A model generated the notes under the pieces. That model worked only from the letters and a program-made list of their open reading frames with translations, had not been told where the DNA came from and searched no databases. DNA of 57,336 nucleotides, filler included, from Basidioascus undulatus (taxonomy: Eukaryota), in assembly GCA_000826855.1 (NCBI GenBank). It is 4 parts of 4 records of this genome, joined end to end, with 100 filler letters (N's around TTAATTAATTAA, not from the genome) between each part and the next. Parts side by side here need not be neighbours in the genome. Positions count along the whole stretch, not along the records: positions 1 to 17,015 come from JTLS01000818.1; 3 more parts are not named here. One strand, given 5' to 3'. The stretch's first letter is position 1; each line of letters opens with the position of its first letter. The position numbers and the translations under genes are program-made. This document shows, in pieces, positions 1 to 12,963 of this stretch.

Positions 1-440
1 CCCACCCCCGAGCAATCCCACTTTCTCTTCCCCCTCCCCCCCCCCTACAAGACCCGCCCCGCTCTCCCGCCGCGTCACAAGCTTCTCAACAGCCTCCACC
101 GCAACCGCGTCGTTCTCGTCCGTGCTCCGCTCCCCTCGTCCCTGCCCGAGACGCCGCCGCGAGAACGCCCCGTCTAGGTAGGCGAGGAGGAGGAAGAGGA
201 CGCCGAGGAACCGGAAGACTTGATGGGGGAGGGGGTTGAGCCGGGAGGGAGCAGGGGGTCCGGTGGGGAAGAAGAGGGGTAAAGGGGAAGGAAAGGGGAG
301 GGGGATGCACAGTTTAGGAGATAGGGAGAGAGGCGTGGGGATGTGGGCGCCGGGGGAAGAGGGGAAAGTGGGAGGGAGTGCGCGAGGGCTGGGAGTGCTA
401 GCGCGAGCGCGAGGAGGGAGAGGAGCGCGAGAGCGGCCAT
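1..440 (-). CDS. Putative small secreted/single-pass membrane protein, 3' end runs off the window
   Basis: ATG at 440 gives the signal-peptide-like MAALALLSLLALALALPALAHS. A GTGCAT...GCTCAAC...CAAG intron (310-219) joins it in frame to a hydrophobic segment FFRFLGVLFLLLAYLDG followed by RRR. The frame stays open to base 1. No family recognised. Confidence 0.4.
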
Positions 441-1618
441 GAGGATAAGGCGGACGCGCTTTGAGTCGGTTTCCGCTCGAAAGATGATCGAAAGATCGAA
501 GATAAGGAGAGTGAGGGCGCGCGTGCGGGATGCAAGGCGAGTGGAAGGGAAAGCCGGGTTGAGATCGAAAGAGACAGGCCGTGTGGGCATTCAAGGGGTG
601 AGATGCAAGAAAGAACAGAATGAGCATTGCGAGAGATGAAGATGGATAGGGAAGAGGTGCAAGAGAGCCTGAGTGAGCGAGAAATGGGGAGTGTGTACGC
701 ATCTCCAGAGCATCATCGAGCCTCTTATGCCTCACTGCGATCGAAGAATAGCCCAAAAAACATTGAACGAGCTACTGCAAAGGATTAGGCCTCAGACGCG
801 TGCTCCTGCTGGGTTGGACGTGAGGACGTGAGGAGGGACGAGAGACAGGCTGAATGCAAACGCAAGCGAACTCTGAACGGCGACCGTGACAGTAGCGGCA
901 ACTGGTAGTTGGCGCCTTGAGGGGGATGTGGTCGAAGTTTGCGCTGTTATTGGCGTTTGGTGGGGGGTGCCTGTGTTTTGTGTGCGGAGAGCACAGAGGA
1001 GGAGGAGGTTGAGTTGGAGACGGAAGAAGAGAAAGGAAGACAGTGGGTGTGGCTGTGGCTGAAAGCTGTGAAATCGTGGGTTTATTTGACGCTGAGGTTG
1101 TCCGGTGGAGGATCGGCAACCTCCAGAGGGATGTTTTGAGGTGGCATGGAGTCTGCCAGCTCGAAATGGGTTGTATTCGTGTACAAAGGAGGTATACAGC
1201 GAGTATAAATATTGCAGAGAGAGAAAGGGGCTGGGAGTGAAAGTGTGCTGCGAGGACGCGGTCCGGCGGAGCAGTCTGTCCGCATCGCGCTCTGCCCCTC
1301 GCCCTCGCCCTTCCCGCCTCCTCGTTGGCTCCCCTTCGACACCTCCCCTCCCTTCCTCACTCCGAATTTCCCTTTCCTCCACCCCTCCACCACCGCCAGG
1401 AGCGTGGCCGACTGTCTCTCCCTTTCCTCTCTTCCCCGGGCGCCGCTCTCCAGTCTCTGGCTGGCACGTACGTGATTTTACTTCGATCAGAGTAAATAGG
1501 GGGGCCCAGGCTGAGGGTGGGTGCATCGCAGACTTCCTCGCTCCCTCCTCCTCCTCCCCTAGCACACCCTACACCCTCCATCCACCGAGCACCCCCATCC
1601 AGCTGCTCCTCGCCCAGC

Positions 1619-4600
1619 ATGTCCAAGCGCCAGGCGGCGCAGACGCACTCGTCCGGCTCGAGCGTCTCGGACGCGGGCGACCTCGCGTCCCTGTCCGGGC
1701 CCACGGACGAGTCCATCCTCTCCGTCCTCCGCGACCGCTTCATGGTCGACGCCATCTACACCCGCATCGGCTCGGGCACGATCGTCGCCCTCAATCCCCT
1801 CAAATACATCCCCGCAAACTCGGACAAGGTACTCCACGAGTATGCTCAGGAGTACCGCGATACCGACGGCGCACTCCAGCGCTGCCCGCCGCACGTCTTC
1901 CAGATCGCGGCGGACGCGTACTATTATATGCGCAGGACGGGCAGGGACGGGGCCATCATCACCAGGTGAGGGTGGACGCCATGCTTGGATGTGGGGGACA
2001 GTCAGGAGCTGGCTGGGTGACGGGCGCTTTATGAAGGCTCTGCGGGAGCGAGAGTCAGCGTCAGCTGCTGTTCCATGCGGGCTCGCAATGATGGTGGCGA
2101 ATTCTGTGTGGTTTGCGTGTTTGGTCGCACAGATGCAACTGACACGCCACTGTTTTGTCTCGCTCGGCAGCGGTGAGACCGCCTCCGGCAAGACGGAGAT
2201 GCGCCGGCTTTCGATCAAGGCCCTCATCGACCTCTCGCTCTCCGCCCCTGGCAAGAAGGGCTACAAGCTCGGCGACCAGATCCCCAACGCCGAGTTCGTC
2301 CTCGAGTCGTTCGGCAACGCCCGCACCCTCCTCAACGCCAACGCCTCCCGCTTCGGCAAGTACACCGAGCTCCAGTTCACGGACCGCGGCCGCCTCGCCG
2401 GCGCGAAGACGCTCGACTACTACCTCGAGCGCAGCCGCGTCGTCTCCCCGCCCGCAGGTGAGCGCAACTTCCACGTCTTCTACTACCTCGCCGCGGGCGC
2501 GAGCGCCGAGGAGCGCGAGCACCTCCGCCTCGGCGATGCGAGCGCGTACCGGTACACGGGCGGCGCGGTCCGGCGCCAGAGCGGGCCCATCATCGGCAGC
2601 CAGGGCGGCGAGGACGCCGCGCGCTTCGACCAGCTCAAGCAGGCGTTCAAAGCCGTCGGCTTCTCCAAGCGCCACGTCGCCCAGATCTGCCAGCTCGTTG
2701 CAGCCATCCTCCACCTGGGCAACCTCGACTTCGTCATCGACCGCGCGCGCAACGCCGACTCGGCCGTCGTCCGGAACACGGACGTTCTCGACATCGTCGC
2801 CGACTTCCTCGGCGTCCAGTCGTCCGCGCTCGAAGCCGTCCTCTCGTACCGGACCAAGCTCATCAAGAAGGAGGTCTGCACCGTCTTTCTTGACGTCGAC
2901 GGCGCGTCCGCGAACAGTGACGACCTCGCGCGCTCGCTCTACTCGCTCCTCTTCGCGTGGATCAACGAGTACATCAACGTGCGCCTCTGCCGCGACGACT
3001 TCTCCACCTTCATCGGCATCCTCGACCTGCCCGGATTCCAGAACCACCCGAGCGTCGGCTACCGCGGCAACAGCCTCGACCAGTTCTGCGTCAACTACGC
3101 GAACGAGAAGCTGCAGAGCTGGATTCTCCGACACGTCTTCGAGCGCCCCGCGGAGGAGCACAAGCAGGAGGGCCTCGCGCGCCTGAGCCCGTCCGTCGCC
3201 TACGCCGACTTTGACAACTCCGAGACGCTTCGCTTGCTCGCGGCGCGCCAGGGTGGTCTGATCCACATCATGGACGACCAGTCGCGGCGGGCGCCGAAGA
3301 AGACGGACGCGACGATGGTCGAGGCGTTCGGCAAGCGCTGGGGCAACCACCCGTCGTTCAAGGTCTCCGCGCCCGACCGCTCCGGCTTTCCGACGTTCAC
3401 GATCAACCACTACGCCGGCACGGTCAACTACTCGGCCGAGTCGTGGATCGAGCGCAACACGGACGCGATCAACCCTGACTTTGTCTCGCTCCTCCGCGGT
3501 GGCGGCGGCGCGGGCGTCGAGAGCGACGTCGACGCGCCGGGGAGCGCGAACCCGTTCGTCAAGTCGCTCTTCTCCGACAAGGCGATCGCGACGCAGGCGC
3601 ACCCCAAGTCGGACGTGACGATCGTCGCCGCGCAGCAGCCCGTCAAGCCGATGCGGCAGCCGTCGACGCGCCGGACGGGCCCGTCCGTGCGCCGCCCGCT
3701 GGGCCGCCGCGCGAGCGAGCAGGGCGGCCTCGAGGACACGCCCGAGGAGCCCGCGCCCGCGGGCGACAGCGGCGTGCGCTGCATCGCGGGCGAGTTCCGC
3801 TTCGCGCTCGACACGCTCTTCGCCACGCTCGACGAGTGCCAGCCGTGGTATATCTTCTGTCTGTCCCCCAACGACGCCCAGCTCCCCAACCAGCTCGAGG
3901 CGCGCCACGTCAAGGCGCAGATCCGCTCGCTCGCGCTGCCCGCGATCGCCAAGCGCGCCGCGGGCGGGGACTGGCCCGTCAGCATGATGCACGGCGAGTT
4001 TGTCGAGCGCTATGCGGACGAGCTCGCGGAGATTGGCGTGATGGAGGGGGACGCGAAGGAGCGCGTCGTGGCGGTTAGGGAGAAGATGGGGTGGGCGGAG
4101 AAGGAGTGCGCCATTGGATCGTACAAGGTGGGTCAAAATCTGATCGCAGAACTTCCCCTTGACGCGCTTGAACTGATTTTCGCGCTCCCTCCCAGGTCTT
4201 CCTCACCCACGCTTCCTTCCGGCATCTCGAGGACCACATCCGCGCAAACGACGAGGAGGAGCAGAAGCGGAATCGGGCCAAGTACAAGACCGAGGCCGAC
4301 TACGCCGCCGCGGACCCCTTCTCGCCGTATGCCGCCGAGCCGCGATCGCCCGCCGGCTCAGATGCCTACGGCGACCCATTCGCGAGCAGCCACGGCCACG
4401 GCGGCTCGAGCCTCGCTCTCCCACTCGTTGCGCACGCGCACGGCCCTCACAGCCCGGAGGACGCGTACGACGATAAGAGCTACCGCTCGGAGGACGACTA
4501 CGCGCAGAGCCGGTTCACGCAGGGATACGACGAGTCGGCGAGTAACTTCGGCACCGAGTCGTACGCGCCCTCGCGCAACATGTTCCACAACGTCGAGATG

Positions 4601-7600
4601 AAGGGCGCGCGCGGCGGCGGCGCGGGCGGGTACGAGGACGAGAAGGCGGGCGAGTTCGCGCCGCAGGAGGGCGAGACGGCGGAGGAGGTCAAGGTCACGC
4701 CCCTGCGGAAACGATGGGTCGCGTTCTGCTGGCTCTTGACGTGGTGGGTGCCGAGCCCGTTCTTGAGGTGGTTCGGGCGCATGAAGCGGCCCGACATCCG
4801 CCAAGCGTGGAGGGAGAAGCTCGCTATCAAGTAGGTGTCCTCTGGCTGGCTTGCGATCCCAATTGTGGCGAAGGCTGATCTTGCTACTCGTTTCACAGCT
4901 TGGTCATCTGGTTCATCTGCGGTTGCGCCGTCTTCGTCATCGCTGTGCTCGGCAACCTCATCTGTCCGCGGCAGCACGTCTTTTCGTCGGGCGAGCTCGC
5001 GAGCCACAACTTCGAGGATCGGCCGGAGAAGACGTTCATCGCGATCCGCGGCGAGGTCTTCGACCTGACGGGCATCTGGGGCACGCACTACGGCTCCGTG
5101 CCCGTCGTGCCGCAGAAGGAGGTCATGAGCTACGGCGGCAAGGACGGGAGCGACCTCTTCCCTGTCCAGGTCTCCGCGCTCTGCAACGGCATCGACGGCT
5201 ACGTCAGCCCGTTCGTCGGCCTCGACGCGACCAACACGTCCATCTCCGCGCCCGACGCCAAGTACCACGACTTCCGCGCGTGGACCTCGGACCCGCGGCC
5301 TGACTGGTACTACGAGCAGATGGTGCGTGTCTTTTTGTGCTCTTATGCTCTTCAAACAGGCGACTGACGCGTTTGGGGGCGTCCGCAGGTCATGATGCGC
5401 TGGCGGTTCCGGACCGGCTTCCTCGGATACACGACGAGCGAAGTCAAGAAGATGGCGAAGCGCGGGCAGAACGTCGTCATCTACAACGACGGCATCTACG
5501 ACATGACGCAATACGTCGATGTCGGCGGCGGCTACGTCGGGCACGGAGAGGACTACAACTCGCCTTCGGGCGTCAACACGCAGTTCATGGACCAATCGAT
5601 CGTCACCCTCTTCAAGCAAAACTCGGGCGACGACGTCACCAAGCTCATCGACGGCCTCACCCTCGCGCCGGACGTCCTCGACCGCCAGAAGACGTGCTTG
5701 CGCAACCTGTTTTTCATCGGCAAGATCGACCACCGTAACTCGGCGCAGTGCCAGTTCTCGCGCTACCTGCTGCTCGCGCTGTCCATCCTCATGGTCACGG
5801 TTGTACGTACTGTTCCTGGGTGTCGCAGGACGTTCTGCTCAAGGCTGGTATCTTCTCTCTTCATAGATCGGGTTCAAGTTCTTGGCCGCGCTCCAGTTCG
5901 GCTCCCCGCGTGCGCCCGAGGACCACGACAAGTTCCTCATCTGCCAATGTCCGTGTTACACGGAGGGCGAAGAGTCGCTGCGCCGCACGATCGACTCGCT
6001 CGCGTGCCTCAAGTACGACGACAAGCGCAAGCTCATCTTCATCATCTGCGACGGCAACATTATCGGAAGGTGCGTTGTTTCGCACAGTTCAATTCACGTA
6101 CGCCGGAGTTGACTCGGCGTCGGCTGCAACAGCGGTAACGACCGGACGACGCCCCGCATCGTGCTCGACATCCTCGGTGCCGACCCCAACTACGACCCCG
6201 AGCCGCTCAGCTTCCTCTCGCTCGGGGAGGGCTCGAAGCAGCACAACATGGGCAAGATCTACTCGGGCCTCTACGAGGTCAAGGGCCACGTCGTCCCGTA
6301 CATCGTCCTCGTCAAGGTCGGCAAGCCTACCGAGCGCTCGCGCCCCGGCAACCGCGGCAAGCGTGACTCGCAGCTGGTGCGTTTTCGGGTTTTTTTTTCG
6401 TTTGCAAGCGTGAACACCACGGCGACTAACTCTACGGCTTTGTCAGGCCCTCATGCACTTCCTGAACAAGGTCCACCACGACGCGGTGCGTTACACATCA
6501 TCTTTCCGAGCGCCCAGAGCGTCTTCGCTGATTAGTTTCCGCTGCCCACAGCCGATGAACCCGCTCGAGCTCGAGATCTACCACCAGATCAAGAACGTCA
6601 TCGGTGTCAACCCGAGCTTCTACGAGTACATGCTCGGTGTCGACGCCGACACGACCGTCGACCCGCTCTCGGCCACGCGCATGATCTCGTCGTTCATCAG
6701 GGACAAGAAGATCCTCGCGCTTTGTGGCGAGACGTCGCTCTCCAACGCGAAGCAATCGATCGTCACCATGGCTCAGGTGCGTTTGTGTCCGCGTGTTCGG
6801 TGCAGCGAAAAGCCTGCGTCTGGCCATTATTCACTCGGCGCTGCACCAGGTCTACGAGTACTACATCTCGCACTTCCTCGCCAAGGCGTTCGAGTCGCTC
6901 TTCGGATCCGTCACGTGTTTGCCCGGTTGTTTCTCGATGTACCGCCTGCGCACGAGCGACACGCACAAGCCACTCTTTATCTCTAGTGCTGTGAGCCGTC
7001 TCGTCCTCGACTGTGCATAACATGGTTGGCGACTGACCTTCGAGCGCCGTAGGTCATCGACGAATACTCGGAGAACCGTGTCGATACGCTGCACATGAAG
7101 AACTTGCTCCACCTCGGAGAGGACCGTTACTTGACTACGCTCTTGCTTAAGGTTCGCTGCTCGTTTGCGAGCCGTTCTTTCGCGTAACCGAGTCCGGTGA
7201 CATTGCTTCGACACGCAGCATTTCCCGAAGTTCAAGACCAAGTTCGTGCGCGACGCCAAGGCGCAGACGATCGCCCCCGACGACTTCGGCGTCCTGCTCT
7301 CGCAGCGTCGTCGCTGGATCAACTCGACCGTGCACAACCTCGCCGAGCTCATCTTCCTCGATAAACTTTGCGGTTTCTGCTGCTTCTCCATGCGTTTCAT
7401 GGTCTTCATTGACTTGCTCTCGTGCGTCAACATGCATTCCGGCATTATGGCGCCTTTGCTGACTTCCAAGTCTACAGCACCGTCATTGCCCCCGTTACCG
7501 TCGCCTACGTACGCCCCTCGAAGCCTCGAGCAAGGTCATAGTCTTGCATGCTGACACGAACCTCTCGCACAGATTGTATACCTCATTTACCTCGCCGCCG

Positions 7601-8712
7601 GTGAGGGCGAGACTATTCCGCAGACCTCTATCATCATGCTTTGCGCCATCTACGGCCGTAAGTCCCTTTACATGTACTCTCATACTGAGCGGGCTGATGT
7701 TGATCCACGCGACACCGGCAGTGCAAGCAATGATCTTCCTGCTCAACCGCAAGTGGGAGCACATCGGCTGGATGGTCGTCTACATCTGCGCCATCCCGCT
7801 CTTCTCATTCTTCCTGCCGCTCTACTCGTTCTGGCACTTCGATGGTACGTTTAATCGCGGCGTCCTCGCTCTTCAAGCATTGACAGTTCCGCGGTGCGTT
7901 CGCAGACTTCTCATGGGGTTCCACTCGCGTCGTCGTCGGCGAAAAGGGCAAGAAGCTTGTCATTCAGTACGTGACACACCACCGTCCTTCGGCGTGCGCT
8001 TGCTGAACTGCGCGGCCCCACAGCGATGAGGGCAAGTTCGACCCTCGGGTCATCCCTCTCAAGACTTGGGCCGATTACGAAGCCGAGCTTTGGGAACACG
8101 GGTGCGTACCTGATTTACTCATCAATGTTTTATGATGCTAACGTTTAGGGCTCTGGTAGGGACGACTACGGCTCGATGGCGGGTTGGGAGAAGGGCTCGC
8201 GCCCTGGCTCGCCGGCCGGCACCGCCAGCCTCTACGGCCGCCAGAGCACGTACGGCTTCGAGCCCCCCGCGTTCCCTCGCAGCCGATCAGGCTCGCCGAG
8301 CTTTTACGCGCAAGGCCCCGCGATGCGCAATTCCTCTTACTCGGCCTTCGGCGGCTACCCACCGCAGGCGCCGTATGGGCGACCCTCGACTCTGAACCCG
8401 AACTACCCGCCATCGCAATACGGCGGCTATGGGATGGACCCGCGAGGAATCCAGTACCAGCTTCCGCCGTCAAGACCCATGTCCGAGTTCGGCGCAGACC
8501 CCAACGCATCCGCCGTACCGCACGCGGGTGCTGGCCCGTCAGCAGCCGAGCTCGAGGCCGAGATCAGGGCGATCATCTCTCGGAGCGATTGGTCGACGCT
8601 CACGAAGAAGAGCGTTCGCGCCGAGCTGGCGGATCGCTTCGGCAACGCCCCGCTCGCTGGACGCAAGGCCGAAATTTCTTCCCTCATCGACTCTGTTCTG
8701 GCTTCGCTTTGA
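1619..8712 (+). CDS. mcs1: Class V chitin synthase with N-terminal myosin motor-like domain (myosin XVII; Mcs1/CsmA type), about 18 exons
   Basis: Spliced translation: myosin head (PPHVFQIA, P-loop [31 protein letters not shown]), REKLAIN transmembrane segment, cytochrome b5-like regions ([21 protein letters not shown]), catalytic CS motifs ([52 protein letters not shown]) and C-terminal DEK-C domain ([20 protein letters not shown]). All ~17 introns are GT-AG and keep frame. Confidence 0.96.
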
Positions 8713-9054
8713 TTAACTTAGGCTCCCGTGACATGTCTTGTTTAACGATTTCTCCACTTGCTTCGTTTCTGCCGCTCCCTTCCGGACTCCTTCCTACGCA
8801 TGCCTAGTCACTTCCTCTTGTTTCGCGGCATGCTACCAACTGCATCATGGACTCTTCTGACCCACATTCGCTTTGCAGCTCTGTACCTCACCCGCACGCA
8901 TCTCTCGTACATTTCCCTCATTAGAACACTGCATTGCACTTGATTGGTGTAGGGCTGCGCGTTCGAATCTTATTAGAAGAAAGCGCATATTGGCGGGCAA
9001 TAACTCTTTCAGTTATGACCGGTAACACATGAATATGTCCGAGAACAACCTCTA

Positions 9055-12000
9055 TCAACGTCCCTGGAGCAACCGCAAAGCGAGCGCCTCGTCGTCTTTC
9101 AACCCACTGCCATCGCCGCCGCCTGCGCTCCGGTCCGCACTCGCCGAGGGACGGCCGCGCTTGGCCGGTCGCTGCGGGACGTCGTCCTCGTGGCTCTCAT
9201 CGTCGTCCGTCGGCGGAAGTTGGGAGAAATCGAAGTCGGGGACGATAATCTCCTCGTCCCCGCCGATCATCGCCACTGCCGGACCGCCCTCGTCGTCGTC
9301 ATCGTCGTCGTCCGAGCCAGCATTGCGTGCCTGCACCGAAAGGAGCTTGTTCAGAACGAGGGTGCGAGTCAGAGAAAGATGGAGAAAAGGGAAAGCGACG
9401 CACCGCCTCGCGCTCCTTCCGCTTCCGCTTCTTCTCCCTCTTCTTCTCCTTCGCCAGCTCCTTGTCCCTCACGTCCGCGATCCTCAGCCGCTCCCGCTCC
9501 TCCTCCGCATGCCGCCGCGCCAGCTCGGCCGCATCGCCCGCCTTCGCAAAGTCCTCCAGCCCCTCAAGCTCGTACAGCTCGTGCGCGGCCCCCTCATCGT
9601 CAAAGACGAGCTTCGTGCCGGACCCCTTGGTCTTGAGCATCGCGCGCTTGGACGTCCCCGCCTTGAGCTTGCGCTTCGAGAGATCCGCGTCCGTCGGGTG
9701 CGCCGGCTCGCCCGTGAGCGACGCGGGGAGGTCGTGGTCCCGCCGCGAGAGAGTGATGAAGTCGTCGTCCGCGTCTGCGTCTGCATCGTGGTCGATGAGC
9801 GCGTTGTAGTGCGACGAGAGCGTCGTCTGGTTCTTGCGCTCGAACATCCGGTCGTACTTGGTTCGCACGGCGGGTGCGCCGGACTTGGAAGACTCGGGTT
9901 CGGACTGCATAAAATATACGTCAGTAAGGAGTTGAGAGGGCGAAAGGAAACAGCGGAAACGGACAGCCGATGCGGCTTTCGAGGTGGTCGCGACGGGTTG
10001 CGCGGGCGCCTGTAACAGCGGGCGGATCAGCTTCGAACCCACGGTCCCCAGAAAACCGTGGACGCACGTTCTCGCCCTCGCTCTCCTCGCCTGCGCTGCT
10101 TTCGCCCTCCGCTTCCTCATCCTCATCGCCTTCACTCCCCTCGCTCTCCTCCTCATCCTCCTCCGCGGCCGCCTTAGCGCCCGATTTGCCCTGCGCCTGC
10201 GCCTCCTTCTTCTCCTTCTCCTTCTTCTCCTTGCGCGCCTGGGTCAAGAACTTGATCTTCGGCGCGCCGGCGAGGCCGAGGCTGGCCGCGTACGCCTGCG
10301 CGGGGAGCTGCGTGACGTCGAAGACGGACTTGTCCTTCTGGATGTGGATCGAACGGAGGTAGGAGACGAAGGCCTGGTGGACAAGTGTCAGTCTGGAGAT
10401 GCGTCAAGTGGAGAGGGCGAGAGCGGGATGTGGACAAGGGACACGACGCACGCGTTGAGCGAGGTACTTGATCTCCGTGTCCTGGAACGCGTGCGCCTGG
10501 AGCTGGTTCTGGATGTTCTGCATCTTGCTCTCCTTGATCTTGATGCTCTTCACATCGACGCCTTTCTCCTCAAGGCGCTTCTTGAACCCCTCCTCCTCGC
10601 TGGGCAGGAGGAGGAGGAGCGCCTGGCCCTTGGCCTCGTAGCGCGCGGTGCGCCCCACGCGGTGGATGTACGTGTCCACGTCCTCGGGCGCGTCGAGCTG
10701 CACGACCCAGTCCACAGACGGGAAGTCGAGCCCGCGCGCGGCGAGGTCCGTCGCGAACAGGACGGCCTGCGAGGACGACGCGAAGCGCGAGATCGTCGAG
10801 AGCCGCTTGGGCTGCTTTTGCTTGCCATGGACGTGCAGGAGCGGGATACCCGGGCGGAGGTGGGAGAAGGTTTCGAAGATGTGTCGGACCTGCGAGAAAG
10901 CGGTCGGCCGTGAGTGACTGTCCCCGTCGCAAGAGATTTGGGCAGTCCAAGGTCCGGCTCACCTGCTTGCAGCTGCTGGCGAACACGACGACCTTGCTCT
11001 TCAGATGGGTGCGGATGAAGCCCCACAGGACGTCGAGCTTGCGTTCGAGGGGCACGACGGCGTAGTGCTGCTGGAGCGCCTTGGGCGTCGGCCCGTCCGC
11101 GCCGCGCTCGTTCACGCTCACGTACTCGGGCTTGTCGAGCGAGAGGCGCGCGAGCTGCGAGACGGACGCGGACTGCGTTGCGGAGAAGAGGAGCGTCTGG
11201 CGCGTGGCGGGGAGCTGCGAGACGATGGCTTGCAGCGTTGGCGCGAAACCGAGGTCGAGGATCCGGTCGGCCTCGTCGAGGACTGCTTGCCCGCCCACCG
11301 CATATCAGCCAATGAGCGCAGAGAAAGAGCCGGAGAGGTCTGAGGAAGCGGAGACGAACCGAGCATCTGCAGCCCGTCTGCATTGAACCCCCACGTCTCG
11401 TCCATGTGCTGCAGCAGACGGCCGGGCGTGGCAATGAGGATATTCATCCGCGCGAGACGCTCCTTCTCTTCCTTGACGTTCTTGCCGCCAATGATGAGGG
11501 CGGCGGAGAAGGTGTGCGAGGTGCCGATCTTGCGGAGAACTTCGAAGATCTGCAGAGCCTGCGGACGGTTTGGAGCGGTGTCAGCTTCGCATAGTCCCCG
11601 CATCTACTCCCGAATTGCTCCTTCCCATGCGAATATCTCCCATCCCAGGATACATAAACTCACCAGCTCGCGTGTAGGACAGATGACCAGCGCGCCCAGC
11701 CCATCGCTCGGCCCCCACTTGCGCCTGTACAGGAGCTCGAGCAGCGGGACGAGGAAGGCGAGGGTCTTGCCGCTGCCCGTCCGCGCCGCGCCGAGCACAT
11801 CGTGTCCCTTGAGCGAGAGGGGGATGGACGCTTTCTGGATGGGCGTGAGGTGGGTGAAGTGTGCAGCGCGAAGACCGGCTTGGGTCTTGGACGAGAGGGG
11901 GAGGGCAGAGAAGAGTTCGATGTCGGAGGTGGATTGCTGGGCCGCCTTGGGAATACGTGAGACCGGGGACGGTGGGTGGGGTGTATGAGGATTGGGTGAT

Positions 12001-12172
12001 TACTCACGAGTCCTGCTAGGTCTGCCTCAAGCTTCTCCAGCTCGCGCTTGTCCTGGACGCGCTTGTGCGAGCGCGGACCCGTGGACTTGGTGCGCTGCTT
12101 CTTCTGCGCTGCGCCCTTCTTTCCGCCTTTTGACTTGGACGGCCCCGGTGCTGCTGGTCCTGCGACAGACAT
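9055..12172 (-). CDS. DBP4: ATP-dependent DEAD-box RNA helicase DBP4 (DDX10), multi-exon
   Basis: [91 protein letters not shown], and the Dbp4-type tail [14 protein letters not shown]...DEALALRLL. Confidence 0.95.
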
Positions 12173-12372
12173 CGCGGTGTGTAGAGCTGGGGATGGTGAC
12201 GGTGATGGCGATAAGGTGAGCAGGGGAAGATGGCAACTTGCTCGGAAAAGCGTGGGAGAATTAGAGTCCATTTCGGTGGTGTTGGATCCATAGCGCCGAA
12301 AGCCGCACCCTCCGCCTTCTCGCTTCGCCTGAACCCCGGCTCTCTGTACCCCTTACCCTCATTACTGTCGCC
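12173..12372. promoter_or_regulatory. Probable bidirectional promoter shared by DBP4 and MRPL24
   Basis: Only 200 bp separate the two divergent ATGs (12172 on -, 12373 on +). Confidence 0.6.
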
Positions 12373-12963
12373 ATGCTGCATTCTTCCAAGCTCATCCAAA
12401 AGATCAAGGCGGTCAAGCTACCCCCGAACCCCCAAACCAACGCCGCCCGCGCGTTTAAGCGTGGTCAGACGGGCTTGTACGATGGCCGGATTCGCGGGAC
12501 CGGGTTCAACGTCTCTCATGCGGAGGTCCGTCTCTTCCGTCCTTTCTTTAACTCCCCTCGAACACTCTCCCTGCATGGGATGCTTATTGTCTGCGTTTTT
12601 GTTCCATAGAACCACACCAAACGCACCTGGCTCCCGAACGTCCAGCGCAAGAAGCTCTGGTCCGAGACGCTCCAGGAATGGCGCCGCGTGAGTGTGACGA
12701 CCTCTGCGCTCCGCTCGATCGACAAGGCCGGCGGCCTGGACGCGTACCTCTCGAGCGCGCACGACGACGTGCTCGGCCTCTTTGGGCGCAAGCTCAGGCG
12801 CGAGGTCCTCGAGGAGAAGCGGAGGGCGTTCGACGAGGAGGCGGAGGAGGAGCACGCGGAAGAGGGCGCGCTGGCGGTCAAGGCGGACGAGGACCGCGTG
12901 CAGAAAGTGGTGGAGACCGCGGAGAACCTGAGATTGGAGGATGGGCAACCGCAGAGGGCATAG
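12373..12963 (+). CDS. MRPL24: Mitochondrial large-subunit ribosomal protein bL28m (MRPL24-like), one intron (~12526-12609)
   Basis: AFKRGQTGLYDGRIRGTGFNVSHAE|NHTKRTWLPNVQRKKLWSETL..VSVTTSALRSIDKAGGLDAYL is the L28 family signature. The N-terminus is basic and presequence-like. Confidence 0.9.

Noticed and set aside
2061..4136. 691-aa ORF antisense to the chitin synthase (and similar long antisense ORFs over DBP4, BUD22 and CCT7)
   Set aside because: Shadow ORFs caused by very high GC3 codon bias on the coding strand; no recognisable motifs.
8944..8975. TGGTGTAGGG and GTTCGAATC resembling Pol III A and B boxes of a tRNA
   Set aside because: Boxes are too close together and no cloverleaf can be folded; lies in the convergent 3' region of two genes.
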